A stretch of 64,000 nucleotides of DNA from an uncultured Clostridia bacterium. GTDB taxonomy: Bacteria > Bacillota > Clostridia > Christensenellales > CAG-917. The translations under genes and the position numbers were made by a program. Within the stretch, counting starts at the first letter, position 1; every line of letters begins with the position of its first letter. Where the stretch lies: positions 10,723 to 74,722 of the forward strand of contig CANPWB010000003.1 of the NCBI GenBank assembly GCA_947581925.1, written 5' to 3'. Below the pieces are notes generated by a model. It saw only the letters and a list, made by a program, of their open reading frames with translations, did not search any database and had not been told where the DNA came from. This document shows positions 8,673 to 21,447 of the stretch, in pieces.

Positions 8673-9762
8673 GCTCGATTTATGCAAAAACACATTCGCC
8701 TCGGAAGCGCAAAACGGGGCGAATATTTTTAAAATAAAATTAGTTTATAATTAAACTAAATATAGATGATGAAAACTGCAAAACGCCCAATCATCGGTGT
8801 GCTATATCTAAAAAATTGAAAAGACCTTAGCGAGGCAAAATATAGAATAGTTTAAACGGCAAGTAAGATATTTTATATGATTTTGCGGGAGTTGCTCTTG
8901 TGCGAGGTACGCATTGTCTTTTAAACAAAGTCGGGATAGGCACAAAACGAATCTATTGATTTGTCAAAAGTTAGGAAGCGTTGCGTCGAAAAAGCAATGT
9001 AGGAATTGCTGGGCAAATAAATAGCGGCAGTCTCGAGGGAAATTGCGGCGTGCAAAAACACGCAGGAGCGCCTCAGACCGGCATTGTTGTGAAAAAAACA
9101 AACCTGTGGAGCTATAAGCGCAAAGTTGCAAGCTTTTTTACATAATAGCCGGAATTGAGATAAAAACGCAAAATCATAGAATTCGATCCTATAATACGAA
9201 GCATCTAAAGCGTGTTATCCTGCAAGTAAACAATTTGGATAAAGAGCGTTTAAAACAGTTTTTTAATAATAAGCATTTATTATTTTGATCTAAGCGCTTT
9301 ATATCTTTATTTATAACCAATTTGCATTATCTATACACATTTACACTAAAGCTAGCGCACGAGCAGCCAGAACTCGCCACTTATCCACCGTTCCATATTG
9401 GTTTTGCATCGCAATACTTTGCGATGCGCACACAATGTGCAACTATATTTAAAAGCCATAAACATTGATAGATGGCAAGTCCAATGCTTACAACAGCTCA
9501 TCCATGAGTTCGCTTGATCACGCAAGCAGATTCTGCCTTGTTTTGTATGTATTACTTAACATTCAGCTCAAGACTATGATGTGGATATGTTTTTGCGGAT
9601 ATTTTTATTACTATTTTGTCCATGTGAGTTCACATATGCAACAAACAATAAAGCAGTTTTTAAACAAACAATAATTCTATCGAGCGAATTTTATTGTAGT
9701 CGGAGCCTTGACCACCTTTTGTATATAGCCATTTATAGAAATTTTACAAATGTAAAAATGTG

Positions 9763-9778
9763 TGTTTCACGTGAAACA
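9763..9778. promoter_or_regulatory. parS site
   Basis: TGTTTCACGTGAAACA, perfect Bacillus-type parS palindrome. Confidence 0.93.
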
Positions 9779-10064
9779 ATACATTTTTACGAGTATAGTT
9801 TTTGCGGAGGGTTCTTACCTCTCTTTGTACATGAATATCACCCTCCAGACTCATTGTTCGTATGGTGTTGTGTTGTGATAAAACAAGATGCACATAAAAA
9901 CGGGCATAAACTGTCGCATAGAGGTTGCTTAGAAGCGGGGCGCTGTAGGGACGCACTGGAGGCACAAATGTATTGGATTGTGCCAAAAACTCCGTCAAAA
10001 TACGGGACGCGGCGCGCATGTTGTGATATCAATGAAAACGGTTTACTCGATTAAACAAATAATA

Positions 10065-10080
10065 TGTTTCACGTGAAACA
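10065..10080. promoter_or_regulatory. parS site
   Basis: TGTTTCACGTGAAACA, perfect palindrome. Confidence 0.93.
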
Positions 10081-10096
10081 TCTTGACTTGTCGTCC

Positions 10097-10112
10097 TGTT
10101 TCACGTGGAACT
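10097..10112. promoter_or_regulatory. parS site (near-consensus)
   Basis: TGTTTCACGTGGAACT. Confidence 0.8.
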
Positions 10113-11112
10113 TTAAACCTCGGAATCCCTACTAAACAGTGGCTTTTTTAGCACCAAGAAATTGCTTTGCTTTCTTTGACCTAAATTTTTTCAGAAGCTT
10201 TCACCCAAATTTTTCTTCGTCATAATTTCTGCAAAATGTTTCTCAAAATTTTAATATTTGCCGCTGTGTTTCACGGTTTATTTACATAGAATTTTATTGA
10301 GGCTTAATGCTGATATTCTTTTGCGAATGTTGCTTGCTACATTTTATAGTTGTTTTGAATACATTTTTGTGTAACTTTGCATCGTCTAATAATGCTGTTT
10401 TGCTTACATTTTTAATTGTGGGATATGGATTTGTGCGTTTGAGTGCGCATTTGCCTGCGGCGAACTCGTTATCAAGGCGCAAAATCTAGAAATGCACGTT
10501 GGATAAGCGCGCCCCCTGTTTGCTTATGTGCTTTTAAAGCGTATCTCTGCGGATGCGCGCAAAGAGGTTTGGTGTAGCTAATTTGCATGAGGGCATAAGG
10601 GGCGTATAAAGTATTAGTGTTGCTTAGGCTCTGAGTTAGCGTTGCCTTAGACGTTTAGAGTGTGCGGGTTGACGCATATTCGACGTGTATGCCGATATGT
10701 TTTAAGCTATCCGATGAAGATTTGAGGCGCGTATGATTTGCGAATGTCGGTATGCGGAGCTGTATATCAGGCGCGCAGACCGAGCGTGAATAAGCCACGT
10801 TCTTGGCGTAGGGCGATAGCGGAAATCGGGCGAAAAATGGCGAAACTGTACGTTTCACGGCGAACAAACTTTCCACTTATGCACATGCCCTTCGGCGGGT
10901 CGAGGGCGCAACATGCGCAAATATTGTGATATTAGCTGAAATCCGTTTAAAAGTCAACTTGTTATCCACAGTAAAATCGCAATGTTTTGCGGCGTATCGG
11001 TGCCGAAATGCACAGCCAATTCGAAAAACCGTTCAGAAGTAGACTATTTTTGAGTGTGGAGCGCAGAGATATCCCCAAAAAACACCCTGATATGCGGTCA
11101 AATTGTGCGTAA

Positions 11113-13134
<2,022 letters not shown>

Positions 13135-13144
13135 GAGGTGAATT

Positions 13145-15721
13145 ATGGCGAACATCAGAGATGACAAAAACAACGAATATATTAAGCATATCGCGGACTC
13201 GACCGTCAAGGATGTCGAGATAAACGGCGAGCTGAAGAAGTCCTTTATCGCATACGCTATGGCGGTCAACGTATCGCGCGCCATCCCCGACGTGCGCGAC
13301 GGCTTAAAGCCCGTGCACAGGCGCATACTTTACGCTATGAGCGAGCTAGGCCTTACCCCCGACAAGCCGTACAGGAAGTGCGCTATGGTCGTAGGCGAGG
13401 TGCTGGGCAAGTATCACCCCCACGGCGACAGCTCCGTGTATGACGCGCTCGTCAGGCTGGCGCAGGACTTCTCGATACGCTGCCCCCTCGTGGACGGGCA
13501 CGGCAACTTCGGCAGTGTGGACGGCGACCCGGCGGCGGCATATCGTTATACGGAGTCGAGGCTTAGCAAGATAGCGCTGGAGATGATACGCGATATCGAC
13601 AAAAAGACAGTCGATTTCTATCCCAACTTTGACGACACGCGCGAACAACCTACGGTGCTCCCCTCGCGCTTTCCCAATCTGCTTGTAAACGGCTCTGACG
13701 GCATTGCGGTGGGCATGGCGACTTCTATCCCGCCCCACAACCTCGGCGAGGTCATAGACGCGACTGTGGCGCTTTTAAACAACCCCGACATCACCATTGA
13801 CGAGCTTATAGGCTATATCCCCGCGCCGGATTTTCCCACGGGCGCGCTCATCTTGGGCAGAAACGGCATAAAACAGGCGTACCGCACGGGGCGCGGCGCG
13901 GCTATACTGCGCGCCAGGGCGGAGATCGAGGAGATGCCAAACGGCAAGAGCCGTATCGTCGTCACCGAGATACCCTATCAGGTCAACAAGGCGAAACTCA
14001 TAGAAAACATTGCGGATCAAGTCAAGGATAAGCGTCTCGAGGGCATAAGCGACCTGCGCGAGGAGACGGACCGTCACGGAATGCGCATTGTTATCGAGCT
14101 GAAAAAAGACGTCAATCCGCAGGTGCTGCTCAATCAACTTTACAAGCAGACCGCCATGCAGACGAGTTTCAGCATGATCATGCTCGCGCTCGTAGGCGGC
14201 GTGCCGCGCATACTCAACCTCAAGGAGATCTTGGAGTGCTACGTCGCGCACCAAAAGGACGTCATCGTACGCCGTACGCGTTTCGACCTTGAAAAAGCGC
14301 TCGAGAGACAGCACATCCTCATGGGCTTGCATATCGCGCTCGAAAACATCGACGCCATTGTCGAATTGCTCAAAAAATCGCGCGACCGTCAAGACGCTAT
14401 GAACAATTTGATGGAGGCTTACGCGCTTAGCGACAGACAGGCCGCCGCCATCCTCGACATGCGCTTGCAACGCCTCACAGGGCTCGAGGTGGAGAAGATA
14501 GAGCAGGAGCTTAGCGACCTTGCGAAGCAGATAGAGTATTACAACCTCGTGCTTTCAAGCGATGAGGAAGTCAAGGCGATAATCATACGCGAGATAACCG
14601 AGATCAAGGCGCAATATAACACGCCGCGTATGTCCACGCTGACCTACGACTACGGCGACATCGACATAGAGGACCTCATCGAACAAGAGGACGTCGTCAT
14701 TTCCATGACTCACAGCGGCTACATCAAGCGCATCCCCGTCAGCGAGTACAAGGTTCAACACCGCGGCGGAATGGGCGTCACGGGGCACAAGGCGAAGGAT
14801 GAGGACTTTGTGGAGAACATCTTCACGTCCAATACTCACGAGCGGCTGATGTTCTTCACGACGCTCGGCAAGGTGTTCACGCTCAAAGCGTACGAGATAC
14901 CCGAGGCGACGCGCAATTCGCGCGGCAGGGCGGCGGTCAATCTGCTACAGCTCGAGCAGGGCGAGAAGATAAAGACCATCATCCGCATGCCCGAGGAAAA
15001 GGACGGCAAATTCCTCGTGCTCGCCACAAAGAAAGGGCTCATCAAAAAGACGCCGCTCGAGGAGTACGACTCCATCAAGAAGAACGGCAAGATCGCGATA
15101 AAATTCAACGAGGACGACGAGCTGCTTGACGCAATGATAACAAACGGCGACAGCGAGATACTCATCGCCAGCAGCGAGGGCTATGCCATCCATTTCCACG
15201 AGAGCGCGATACGTCCCATGGGCAGGACGGCTATGGGCGTCAAGGCGATGAACCTCAAGGACGGCGCTATGCTCGTCGCTTGCACGGCTGTCCACGCGGG
15301 AGACAGCATACTCACAGTCACTTCAAACGGTTTCGGAAAGCGCAGCGATATCGACGAATATCCGCTCCAAGGCAGGGCGGGCAAGGGCGTCCGCGCGGGC
15401 GTATTCAACGATAAGACGGGCGCGCTCGTAGGCCTCGCCGTGATCCCCGAGGATACGGACGTTATGATGATTACCGATACGGGAGTCATAATCCGCGTCA
15501 ACGGAGCGGAAATAAGCAAGATCGGCCGCAATACGCAGGGTGTGCGCATCATGAAACTCAAAGACGACAAGATGACCGTCAAGGCGATAGCGCTCACTCC
15601 GCACGAGGAAGAGACCGAGGAGAGCGAAATTCCCGAAGGCGAGACTCCTGCAACGCCCGAAGACGAAACTCCCGCAACCGCGCCGACCGAAACTCCCGCC
15701 GACACCGACAACGAAGAGTAA
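13145..15721 (+). CDS. gyrA: DNA gyrase subunit A
   Basis: [27 protein letters not shown] catalytic Tyr, GyrA-box-like QHRGGMG, acidic tail. Confidence 0.98.
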   Translation: MANIRDDKNNEYIKHIADSTVKDVEINGELKKSFIAYAMAVNVSRAIPDVRDGLKPVHRRILYAMSELGLTPDKPYRKCAMVVGEVLGKYHPHGDSSVYDALVRLAQDFSIRCPLVDGHGNFGSVDGDPAAAYRYTESRLSKIALEMIRDIDKKTVDFYPNFDDTREQPTVLPSRFPNLLVNGSDGIAVGMATSIPPHNLGEVIDATVALLNNPDITIDELIGYIPAPDFPTGALILGRNGIKQAYRTGRGAAILRARAEIEEMPNGKSRIVVTEIPYQVNKAKLIENIADQVKDKRLEGISDLREETDRHGMRIVIELKKDVNPQVLLNQLYKQTAMQTSFSMIMLALVGGVPRILNLKEILECYVAHQKDVIVRRTRFDLEKALERQHILMGLHIALENIDAIVELLKKSRDRQDAMNNLMEAYALSDRQAAAILDMRLQRLTGLEVEKIEQELSDLAKQIEYYNLVLSSDEEVKAIIIREITEIKAQYNTPRMSTLTYDYGDIDIEDLIEQEDVVISMTHSGYIKRIPVSEYKVQHRGGMGVTGHKAKDEDFVENIFTSNTHERLMFFTTLGKVFTLKAYEIPEATRNSRGRAAVNLLQLEQGEKIKTIIRMPEEKDGKFLVLATKKGLIKKTPLEEYDSIKKNGKIAIKFNEDDELLDAMITNGDSEILIASSEGYAIHFHESAIRPMGRTAMGVKAMNLKDGAMLVACTAVHAGDSILTVTSNGFGKRSDIDEYPLQGRAGKGVRAGVFNDKTGALVGLAVIPEDTDVMMITDTGVIIRVNGAEISKIGRNTQGVRIMKLKDDKMTVKAIALTPHEEETEESEIPEGETPATPEDETPATAPTETPADTDNEE

Positions 15722-15731
15722 GTTGTAACAA

Positions 15732-16068
15732 GTGGGCTACGCGCCCACACGCCCCACGCAGGGCTGCGAGCCCCGCACCCCGACAAAGGGCGATTTGCCC
15801 TTTGCGATCCCAAACTAAAAAAACGCGAATGTGGCTCTTTCATCGCCTACATTCGCGTTTTTGATTGTTTGCAAGATCAAAACTCCTGCGGGAGAGCTTG
15901 AAATTGACGGACGCAGTGGCCGAGTTGTTTTTGGCAAAACCGAGGGATTTCTCGACTTCGCTACGCTACGCTCGAAAAGACACCTTATATACACGCTGTC
16001 ATGTTGAGCTTGTCGAAACATCCCCCTGTCCGAGCGAATTAACGCACTCTCTGTCCGAGCTTTCTTAT
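15732..16068 (+). repeat. Composite repeat, copy 4
   Basis: A, B, C and E modules directly after the gyrA stop. Confidence 0.88.
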
Positions 16069-16219
16069 GCATTTAAAAACGCTAAATACGTGTGCGCTTA
16101 GTTATTAACAAAAAACTTTTACAAAATAAATTGCGAATGGTCAAATCGCAAAAAGAGGGTTTTATATCGCTGTAATCGACGGTTAAAATGCTTGTTTTGC
16201 AACTTATATGCGGACGCAA

Positions 16220-16372
16220 TCAGTCGAGTTCGATCAGGGAGAGCGCATACCTTTTGCCGTTTTCCAACTCTAAAACGAACATCGTTTCGATCCCGTCAAG
16301 CGCCGTTATCTCTTTTATGCCGTCAATGTTGTTTACAACAAGCTCTCTGATATCAGTCAACAATTCTTTCAT
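16220..16372 (-). CDS. Small hypothetical protein, 50 aa (MKELLTDIRELVVNNIDGIKEITALDGIETMFVLELENGKRYALSLIELD)
   Basis: Below the ORF-track cutoff. GAGGAG SD 8 nt upstream and a TTGACA-containing promoter further upstream. Confidence 0.7.
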   Translation of the reverse strand: MKELLTDIRELVVNNIDGIKEITALDGIETMFVLELENGKRYALSLIELD

Positions 16373-16674
16373 TTTGTACTCTCCTCAATTTGATATAGAT
16401 ATAGCTTATATCGGCAAAACTTGACTTGTCAACACGTTTTCGCTTTTTGGGGTATTTGTTGGCGCACTGTTTTTGTCGAAAATTGTCGAGCGCGGAGTTT
16501 AACAAGGAAAAATATAAGTCATGTGAGCGCGGGTGCGCACGTGCGAAAAACTATTTCGGGGACGGCAAGCGAGGCTTGGAGACGCTTAGGGGGCCTAGGA
16601 TTCTTAGGGCTGAGGATGGCTCCGCGCCGCATAAAATAAGGACAAGCAGATGTGAGTAGCGAGGACTTTAAACC

Positions 16675-16717
16675 TTAAGAAAAATTTAGGTTCAAGACAG
16701 AACACGAGTGTTATAAT
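16675..16717 (+). promoter_or_regulatory. Promoter with OmpR-family-type direct repeat
   Basis: TTAAG(16675)-N6-TTAGG(16686) at 11-bp phasing over the -35 region, then extended TGnTATAAT (16709-16717). Confidence 0.55.
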
Positions 16718-16910
16718 GTGTTCGGATCGAGGACGGCAGGAATTGAAGTTAAAAGCGCTTGCACAGCAAATTTTCCAAAAGTATGTAACCGTACGCCTTC
16801 GATAAACGTGTATTAAGCGAGCAATGGGAAAGGGCTCCCGCCAAGAAAGGGGCGACCTTCCGCCTTAGGGGGGCGAATTTCCTGCAAAATTCAAAAAGAG
16901 GTGTGAAAAA

Positions 16911-18791
16911 ATGAGAAGAACAAAAAATATTGCTATAATTGTCACGGCAGTCATTCTTGTTTTGGCATGCTGCGCCCTTGCGGCTTGCGACCCGAACACG
17001 CCCGCTGTCAAAGTCGGCAATACGGATGTCGTAAAGGCTTTCAACGCCGTAGTCCCAAGCGGAAACGTCGTCACGCAGACGGCGGTGAAGTCGGGCGAAA
17101 AATACAATGTCACAGTCATCACGACGGAGCGGGCTGTAGAATATGTCGTCGACAAGGACTTCAAAGTGGAAAACCAAACAAACATAGCGGGCGACGCACA
17201 AGATACAGCGGCGACGACGGCGGCAGAGCAGTCTCCGCTCGAGAGGGCGTATACAGAGGCGCTCAAGCAGTCGGGGCTGACCGCGGACAAGGTCACGGGG
17301 TTCGACTTCGACCGCGAGACGTATATGGGCAAAGCGGCGTACAAAGTCGAGATCGAGGAAGTGGGCGCAAAATACGAGTACGTTTTCGACGCCGCAGATT
17401 TCACTCTGCTCGACAGCGAGATAGAGTTTGAAAACGACCTGCCCACAGGCTCGTACATCGGCGAGCAGGCGGCATACGAACTTGCGCTCAAGGCGGCGGG
17501 AGTGTCCGTCAGCAACGTCTATAAAAATGTGGTAAGGAGCGAGTTTGACAACGGCAGAAAGCGCTACAAAGTCAGCTTTGATTTCGGCGCGTATCGCTAT
17601 GATGTAAGCATCGACGCGGTCACGGGCGACGTGGTGAAGTTCTCCAAAAACGCCCTAGCGACGCAAGCTCCCTCATTCTCCGAGAATATTTCGGCGGAAG
17701 AGGCGCAAAATATCGCTCTGTCCTTCGTATTTCCAAACGGCGAGGCGCAGGAGAGATATACAGTCCGCAAAGTCAAGCTCGACAGAGAGGACGGACAATT
17801 TGTCTATGAAGTGGAGCTTAACGCCAAAGGCGCGGAGTATGAGTTTGAAATATCCGCAAAAGACGGCGCCATCCTCGACGTCGAGATGGACAACGCGACG
17901 TCAAAGGCGCAGCCTCTCCCCGAGGACAGGCAGTTCATCACGCGCGAACAAGCTATCGCCGCGGTGAAGCAAGTCGCGGGAGGGGACATCTACATTCTCG
18001 AAGTCGAGATAGACAAGGAAGGCGGCAAGTACTATTACGAGATAGAGGCGAGGGTGAACGGCGTCAAGCGCGAATACAAAGTGGACGCGCTCACGGGCAA
18101 AGTGCCGGGCACATCTTCTCCTTTGGAGGCTGTACTGACCGAAGAGGACGCCGTACAGATCGCAATCAAGGCGTTCGGGCTTGAAAATACGGCTATAAAC
18201 CACAAGAGCGTCAAGCTCGAGCACGAGGACGGCGCGCTGTGCTACACCGTAAAACTGTATGTCGGAAACACGGAATACGAGGCGGAGATAGACTCTGCGA
18301 CGGGCGCGGTGCTCAAAAAGGAGATAGACCGCGAGGACGACATCCCGCCCGAGACAGGCACCCCTGCCGTAACAAAAGAGCAAGCTATCGCCGCGCTAAA
18401 AACTTATCTCGGCTCTCAGACGAACGCTGTCATAGGCAAAGTCGAGCTCGAGACGGAATACGGCAGACAGTTTTATGAGATAGAAGTGCACATCGGCACG
18501 CAGGAAGTCGAATACTTCGTGGACGCGACTACGGGCGAAGTCGGCAAAAAGGCGGACCTCGTCAGCGGAGGCAAGTCCGTGATAAGCGAGGAGCAGGCGC
18601 TCTCCCTCGCGCTCAAAGCGTTTGCCCTCGAGGGCAGAGAAAACGAGATAAGCTTGCGCAAGATCAAGCTCGAACGCGAAAAAGGCATACTTTGCTACGA
18701 AGTCGAATTTTACCTCGGCAACCTCAAATACGAGGCGGAACTCAACGCCGAAACAGGCGCCCTCATCAACAAGGAAACCTCCTATGACTGA
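16911..18791 (+). CDS. Multi-PepSY-domain lipoprotein
   Basis: Lipobox-like LAAC; repeated (I/V)S/TxEQAxxxAL..KLxRExG..YEVE..YExxIDAxTGxV units. Confidence 0.88.
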   Translation: MRRTKNIAIIVTAVILVLACCALAACDPNTPAVKVGNTDVVKAFNAVVPSGNVVTQTAVKSGEKYNVTVITTERAVEYVVDKDFKVENQTNIAGDAQDTAATTAAEQSPLERAYTEALKQSGLTADKVTGFDFDRETYMGKAAYKVEIEEVGAKYEYVFDAADFTLLDSEIEFENDLPTGSYIGEQAAYELALKAAGVSVSNVYKNVVRSEFDNGRKRYKVSFDFGAYRYDVSIDAVTGDVVKFSKNALATQAPSFSENISAEEAQNIALSFVFPNGEAQERYTVRKVKLDREDGQFVYEVELNAKGAEYEFEISAKDGAILDVEMDNATSKAQPLPEDRQFITREQAIAAVKQVAGGDIYILEVEIDKEGGKYYYEIEARVNGVKREYKVDALTGKVPGTSSPLEAVLTEEDAVQIAIKAFGLENTAINHKSVKLEHEDGALCYTVKLYVGNTEYEAEIDSATGAVLKKEIDREDDIPPETGTPAVTKEQAIAALKTYLGSQTNAVIGKVELETEYGRQFYEIEVHIGTQEVEYFVDATTGEVGKKADLVSGGKSVISEEQALSLALKAFALEGRENEISLRKIKLEREKGILCYEVEFYLGNLKYEAELNAETGALINKETSYD

Positions 18792-18819
18792 GCAAATCAC
18801 GCAAACGTAGTGAGTTTTA

Positions 18820-18857
18820 GGGAGTACGCGGGGCAACGCCCCGCGTACTCCCTCTTA
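18820..18857 (+). terminator. Intrinsic terminator
   Basis: GGGAGTACGCGGGGC/GCCCCGCGTACTCCC hairpin followed by TCTTA. Confidence 0.7.
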
Positions 18858-18867
18858 TATTTGACGC

Positions 18868-19390
18868 AGGGCTACTCGCCCACACCTCGGCAAGGGGTTT
18901 CACCCCCTGCACCCCAAGTTAAAAACGCGAGCTAGGCGAATTCTTGCCGTCGCTCGAGTTTTTGATTGTAATGCAAGCGTCAAAACTCCTGCGTAAGAGC
19001 TTGATATTGGCGGACGTTTTATCTGAGTGATTAACGTTACCTTTGTCTGAGCTATATTGGGGCCCCATAAAATTGCGTAGCGATTTTATGGGGTTTTAGA
19101 TCGGGGTCTCCACGAAATTACGCAGTAATTTCGTGGAGTATTAAATCGGGGTCCCCATAGAAATGAGCGAAGCGAATTTTATGGGGTATAACCGGGGGAT
19201 TCCTCGACTACGCTCGGAATGACAAGTTTATTATAGATGTCATGTTGAGCGGAGCGCAGCGAAGTCGAAACATCCCCTAGTCCGAGCGTTTAAACGTACC
19301 CTCTGTCCGCGCGCACCTATACCCGCTGTCATTTCGAGCTTGTCGAGAAATTCCCTAGTCCGAGCGAATAAACGCACATTCCGTCCAAGC
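18868..19390 (+). repeat. Composite repeat, copy 5 (with three tandem D hairpins)
   Basis: A, B, D x3 (~19058-19190), C and E modules. Confidence 0.9.
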
Positions 19391-19502
19391 ATGCTTTTTT
19401 TGTATAAAAATCGGGAGGGGCGGAAGTTGCCTCTTGAAATATGATTGAATAAGCTGTATTATATTTATATATTATGCCATAAATGGCGTTTGGGAGAGAA
19501 TT

Positions 19503-21197
19503 ATGGAAGAGAGAAAATGGTTCAAAGAGATGTCGATGTATCAGATTTGGCCGCGGTCGTTCAAGGACGGCAACGGCGACGGCATAGGCGATCTCAAGGG
19601 CGTGATGAGCAAGCTGGACTACATCAAGAGCCTCGGCGTGGACGCGATTTGGTTCTCGCCGCTGTACGTATCCCCGCAGGCGGACTACGGCTATGACATA
19701 GCGGACTACTGCGACATTAACCCCGAGTACGGCACCCTCGACGAGTTCAAAGAGGTGCTCAAAGCGGCACACGAGCGCGGAATGAAAGTGATAATGGACC
19801 TCGTCATCAATCACACGTCCGATCAGCACGAGTGGTTCAAAAAGAGCGTCAAGCGAGAAGAGCCGTTCACGGACTTTTACATTTGGCGGGATGGCAAGGG
19901 CAAAAACGGCAAGAAACCGCCGAACAATTGGATGTCCACATTCCCGGGCTCGGCATGGGAGTACGTGCCCGAAAGAGGGCAGTACTATCTGCACCTGTAC
20001 GCGAAGGAGCAACCCGACCTCAATCACGACAATCCCACAGTGCGCGAATACATCAAGAAAGTCATGCGTTTTTGGTTGGATATGGGCGTAGACGGATTCA
20101 GGGAGGACGTCATTACGCAGATAAGCAAGGCGGAGGGTTTGCCAAACGGTTTTCCGCTCATGCCCGCGTCCCGCGGAATGGAGCACTACAACAACGGCCC
20201 GCACATTCACGAATATCTGAAAGAGTACAGGCAGGTCTTGAAGGATTATGACGCGTTCCAAGTGGGCGAGGCTCCGTTGCTCACGCCCGAGAAGGCGCTT
20301 ACGTATGTAGAAGGCGACGATAAGGAGCTGGATATGTGCATAGGTTTCCAGCATATGGAGGCGGACTGCATTTTGATAGGTTGGGTAAAGACTCCGTTCT
20401 CGCTGAAAAAGCTCAAAAAAGTGTACGACAAGTGGCAGACTATGCTGTACCATAAGGGCTGGAATGCAAACTATCTAGAAAATCACGACCAGCCGCGCAC
20501 GATATCCCGCTACGGCAGCGAGAAGTACAGGGTGGAGAGCGGCAAAGCGCTCGCGATAATGTACTCTTTCTTGAGTGGCACTCAATTTGTATATCAAGGG
20601 CAGGAGATTGGCATGACCTGTCCCTACTTCGACAAATATCCCGAGGGGACGGACCCGTGGGCGCAGTTTGAGGATGTGTCCACGTTCTGCGTGCGAGACC
20701 TCATGCGCAAATTCGGATTCAGTCAGAAACATATCCTCAAAGTAGCGCATACCGCCGCGCGCGATTGCGCACGTACCCCCGTACAGTGGACGGCGGGCGA
20801 GAACGCGGGGTTCAGCGAGGCAAAACCGTGGTATGCCGTCAATCCCAATTATACCGAGGTAAACGTCGAGGCGGCAGAGAAGGATGAGGGGAGCCTGCTG
20901 CACTTCTACCGCAAAGTCATCGCCCTGCGCAAGCAATATAAGGACGCCGCGGTGTACGGCAGGTTCGAGTTGCATTTGAAGAACGACCCGCACCTCTTCG
21001 TCTATGACAAGATAGCGGACGACGGCTCCAAACTCACGGTAGTTTTGAATGTCAGCGACAAAGCCGTCCCCTGCAAAAAGTTTGCAAAGTACATCCCCGA
21101 GGGGGCGCAGGAAATACTCTCCGTCTATGACAACGCGTCCTTTGCGGCGGTCACAAAGCCGTATGAAGGCAAGGTGTACTACACCCCCACAAAGTGA
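19503..21197 (+). CDS. GH13 alpha-glucosidase / oligo-1,6-glucosidase
   Basis: YQIWPRSFKDGNGDGIGDL, DLVINHTSDQH, DGFRED, ENHDQPR, RDCARTPVQW. Confidence 0.95.
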   Translation: MEERKWFKEMSMYQIWPRSFKDGNGDGIGDLKGVMSKLDYIKSLGVDAIWFSPLYVSPQADYGYDIADYCDINPEYGTLDEFKEVLKAAHERGMKVIMDLVINHTSDQHEWFKKSVKREEPFTDFYIWRDGKGKNGKKPPNNWMSTFPGSAWEYVPERGQYYLHLYAKEQPDLNHDNPTVREYIKKVMRFWLDMGVDGFREDVITQISKAEGLPNGFPLMPASRGMEHYNNGPHIHEYLKEYRQVLKDYDAFQVGEAPLLTPEKALTYVEGDDKELDMCIGFQHMEADCILIGWVKTPFSLKKLKKVYDKWQTMLYHKGWNANYLENHDQPRTISRYGSEKYRVESGKALAIMYSFLSGTQFVYQGQEIGMTCPYFDKYPEGTDPWAQFEDVSTFCVRDLMRKFGFSQKHILKVAHTAARDCARTPVQWTAGENAGFSEAKPWYAVNPNYTEVNVEAAEKDEGSLLHFYRKVIALRKQYKDAAVYGRFELHLKNDPHLFVYDKIADDGSKLTVVLNVSDKAVPCKKFAKYIPEGAQEILSVYDNASFAAVTKPYEGKVYYTPTK

Positions 21198-21447
21198 CGA
21201 GGCGAGGCAAAAGCGGCGACGCGCAAGTTTGGCGCCGCATATATGTCAAAAATGCGCAAACGTAAGCACTTTTGCGGTCGGTTTCAATGGTAAGGCGAGC
21301 GTGTGACGGCGATTTTGTTTGACACCGCGCGTCGATAATGGTATCATATTTATTGCCTCGGCATTATAATGAAGTCGAGGCAATATCCCGCGCTTACGTG
21401 CGGGAGAAAAGCAAAGGAGCGCGCTTTTAAGCACGGCAAAAAATACT

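Noticed and set aside
10851-10866. Fourth parS (CGTTTCACGGCGAACA)
   Set aside because: Several mismatches break the palindrome; too degenerate to call.
9465-10929. Short ORFs in the AT-rich block
   Set aside because: Atypical composition, no SD, and overlap with parS sites and DnaA boxes; probably spurious.
19058-19190. Tandem ~45-48 bp palindromic units (also 42118-42250) as a CRISPR array
   Set aside because: No unique spacers, only three units, the variation lies inside self-complementary stems, and there are no cas genes in the window.
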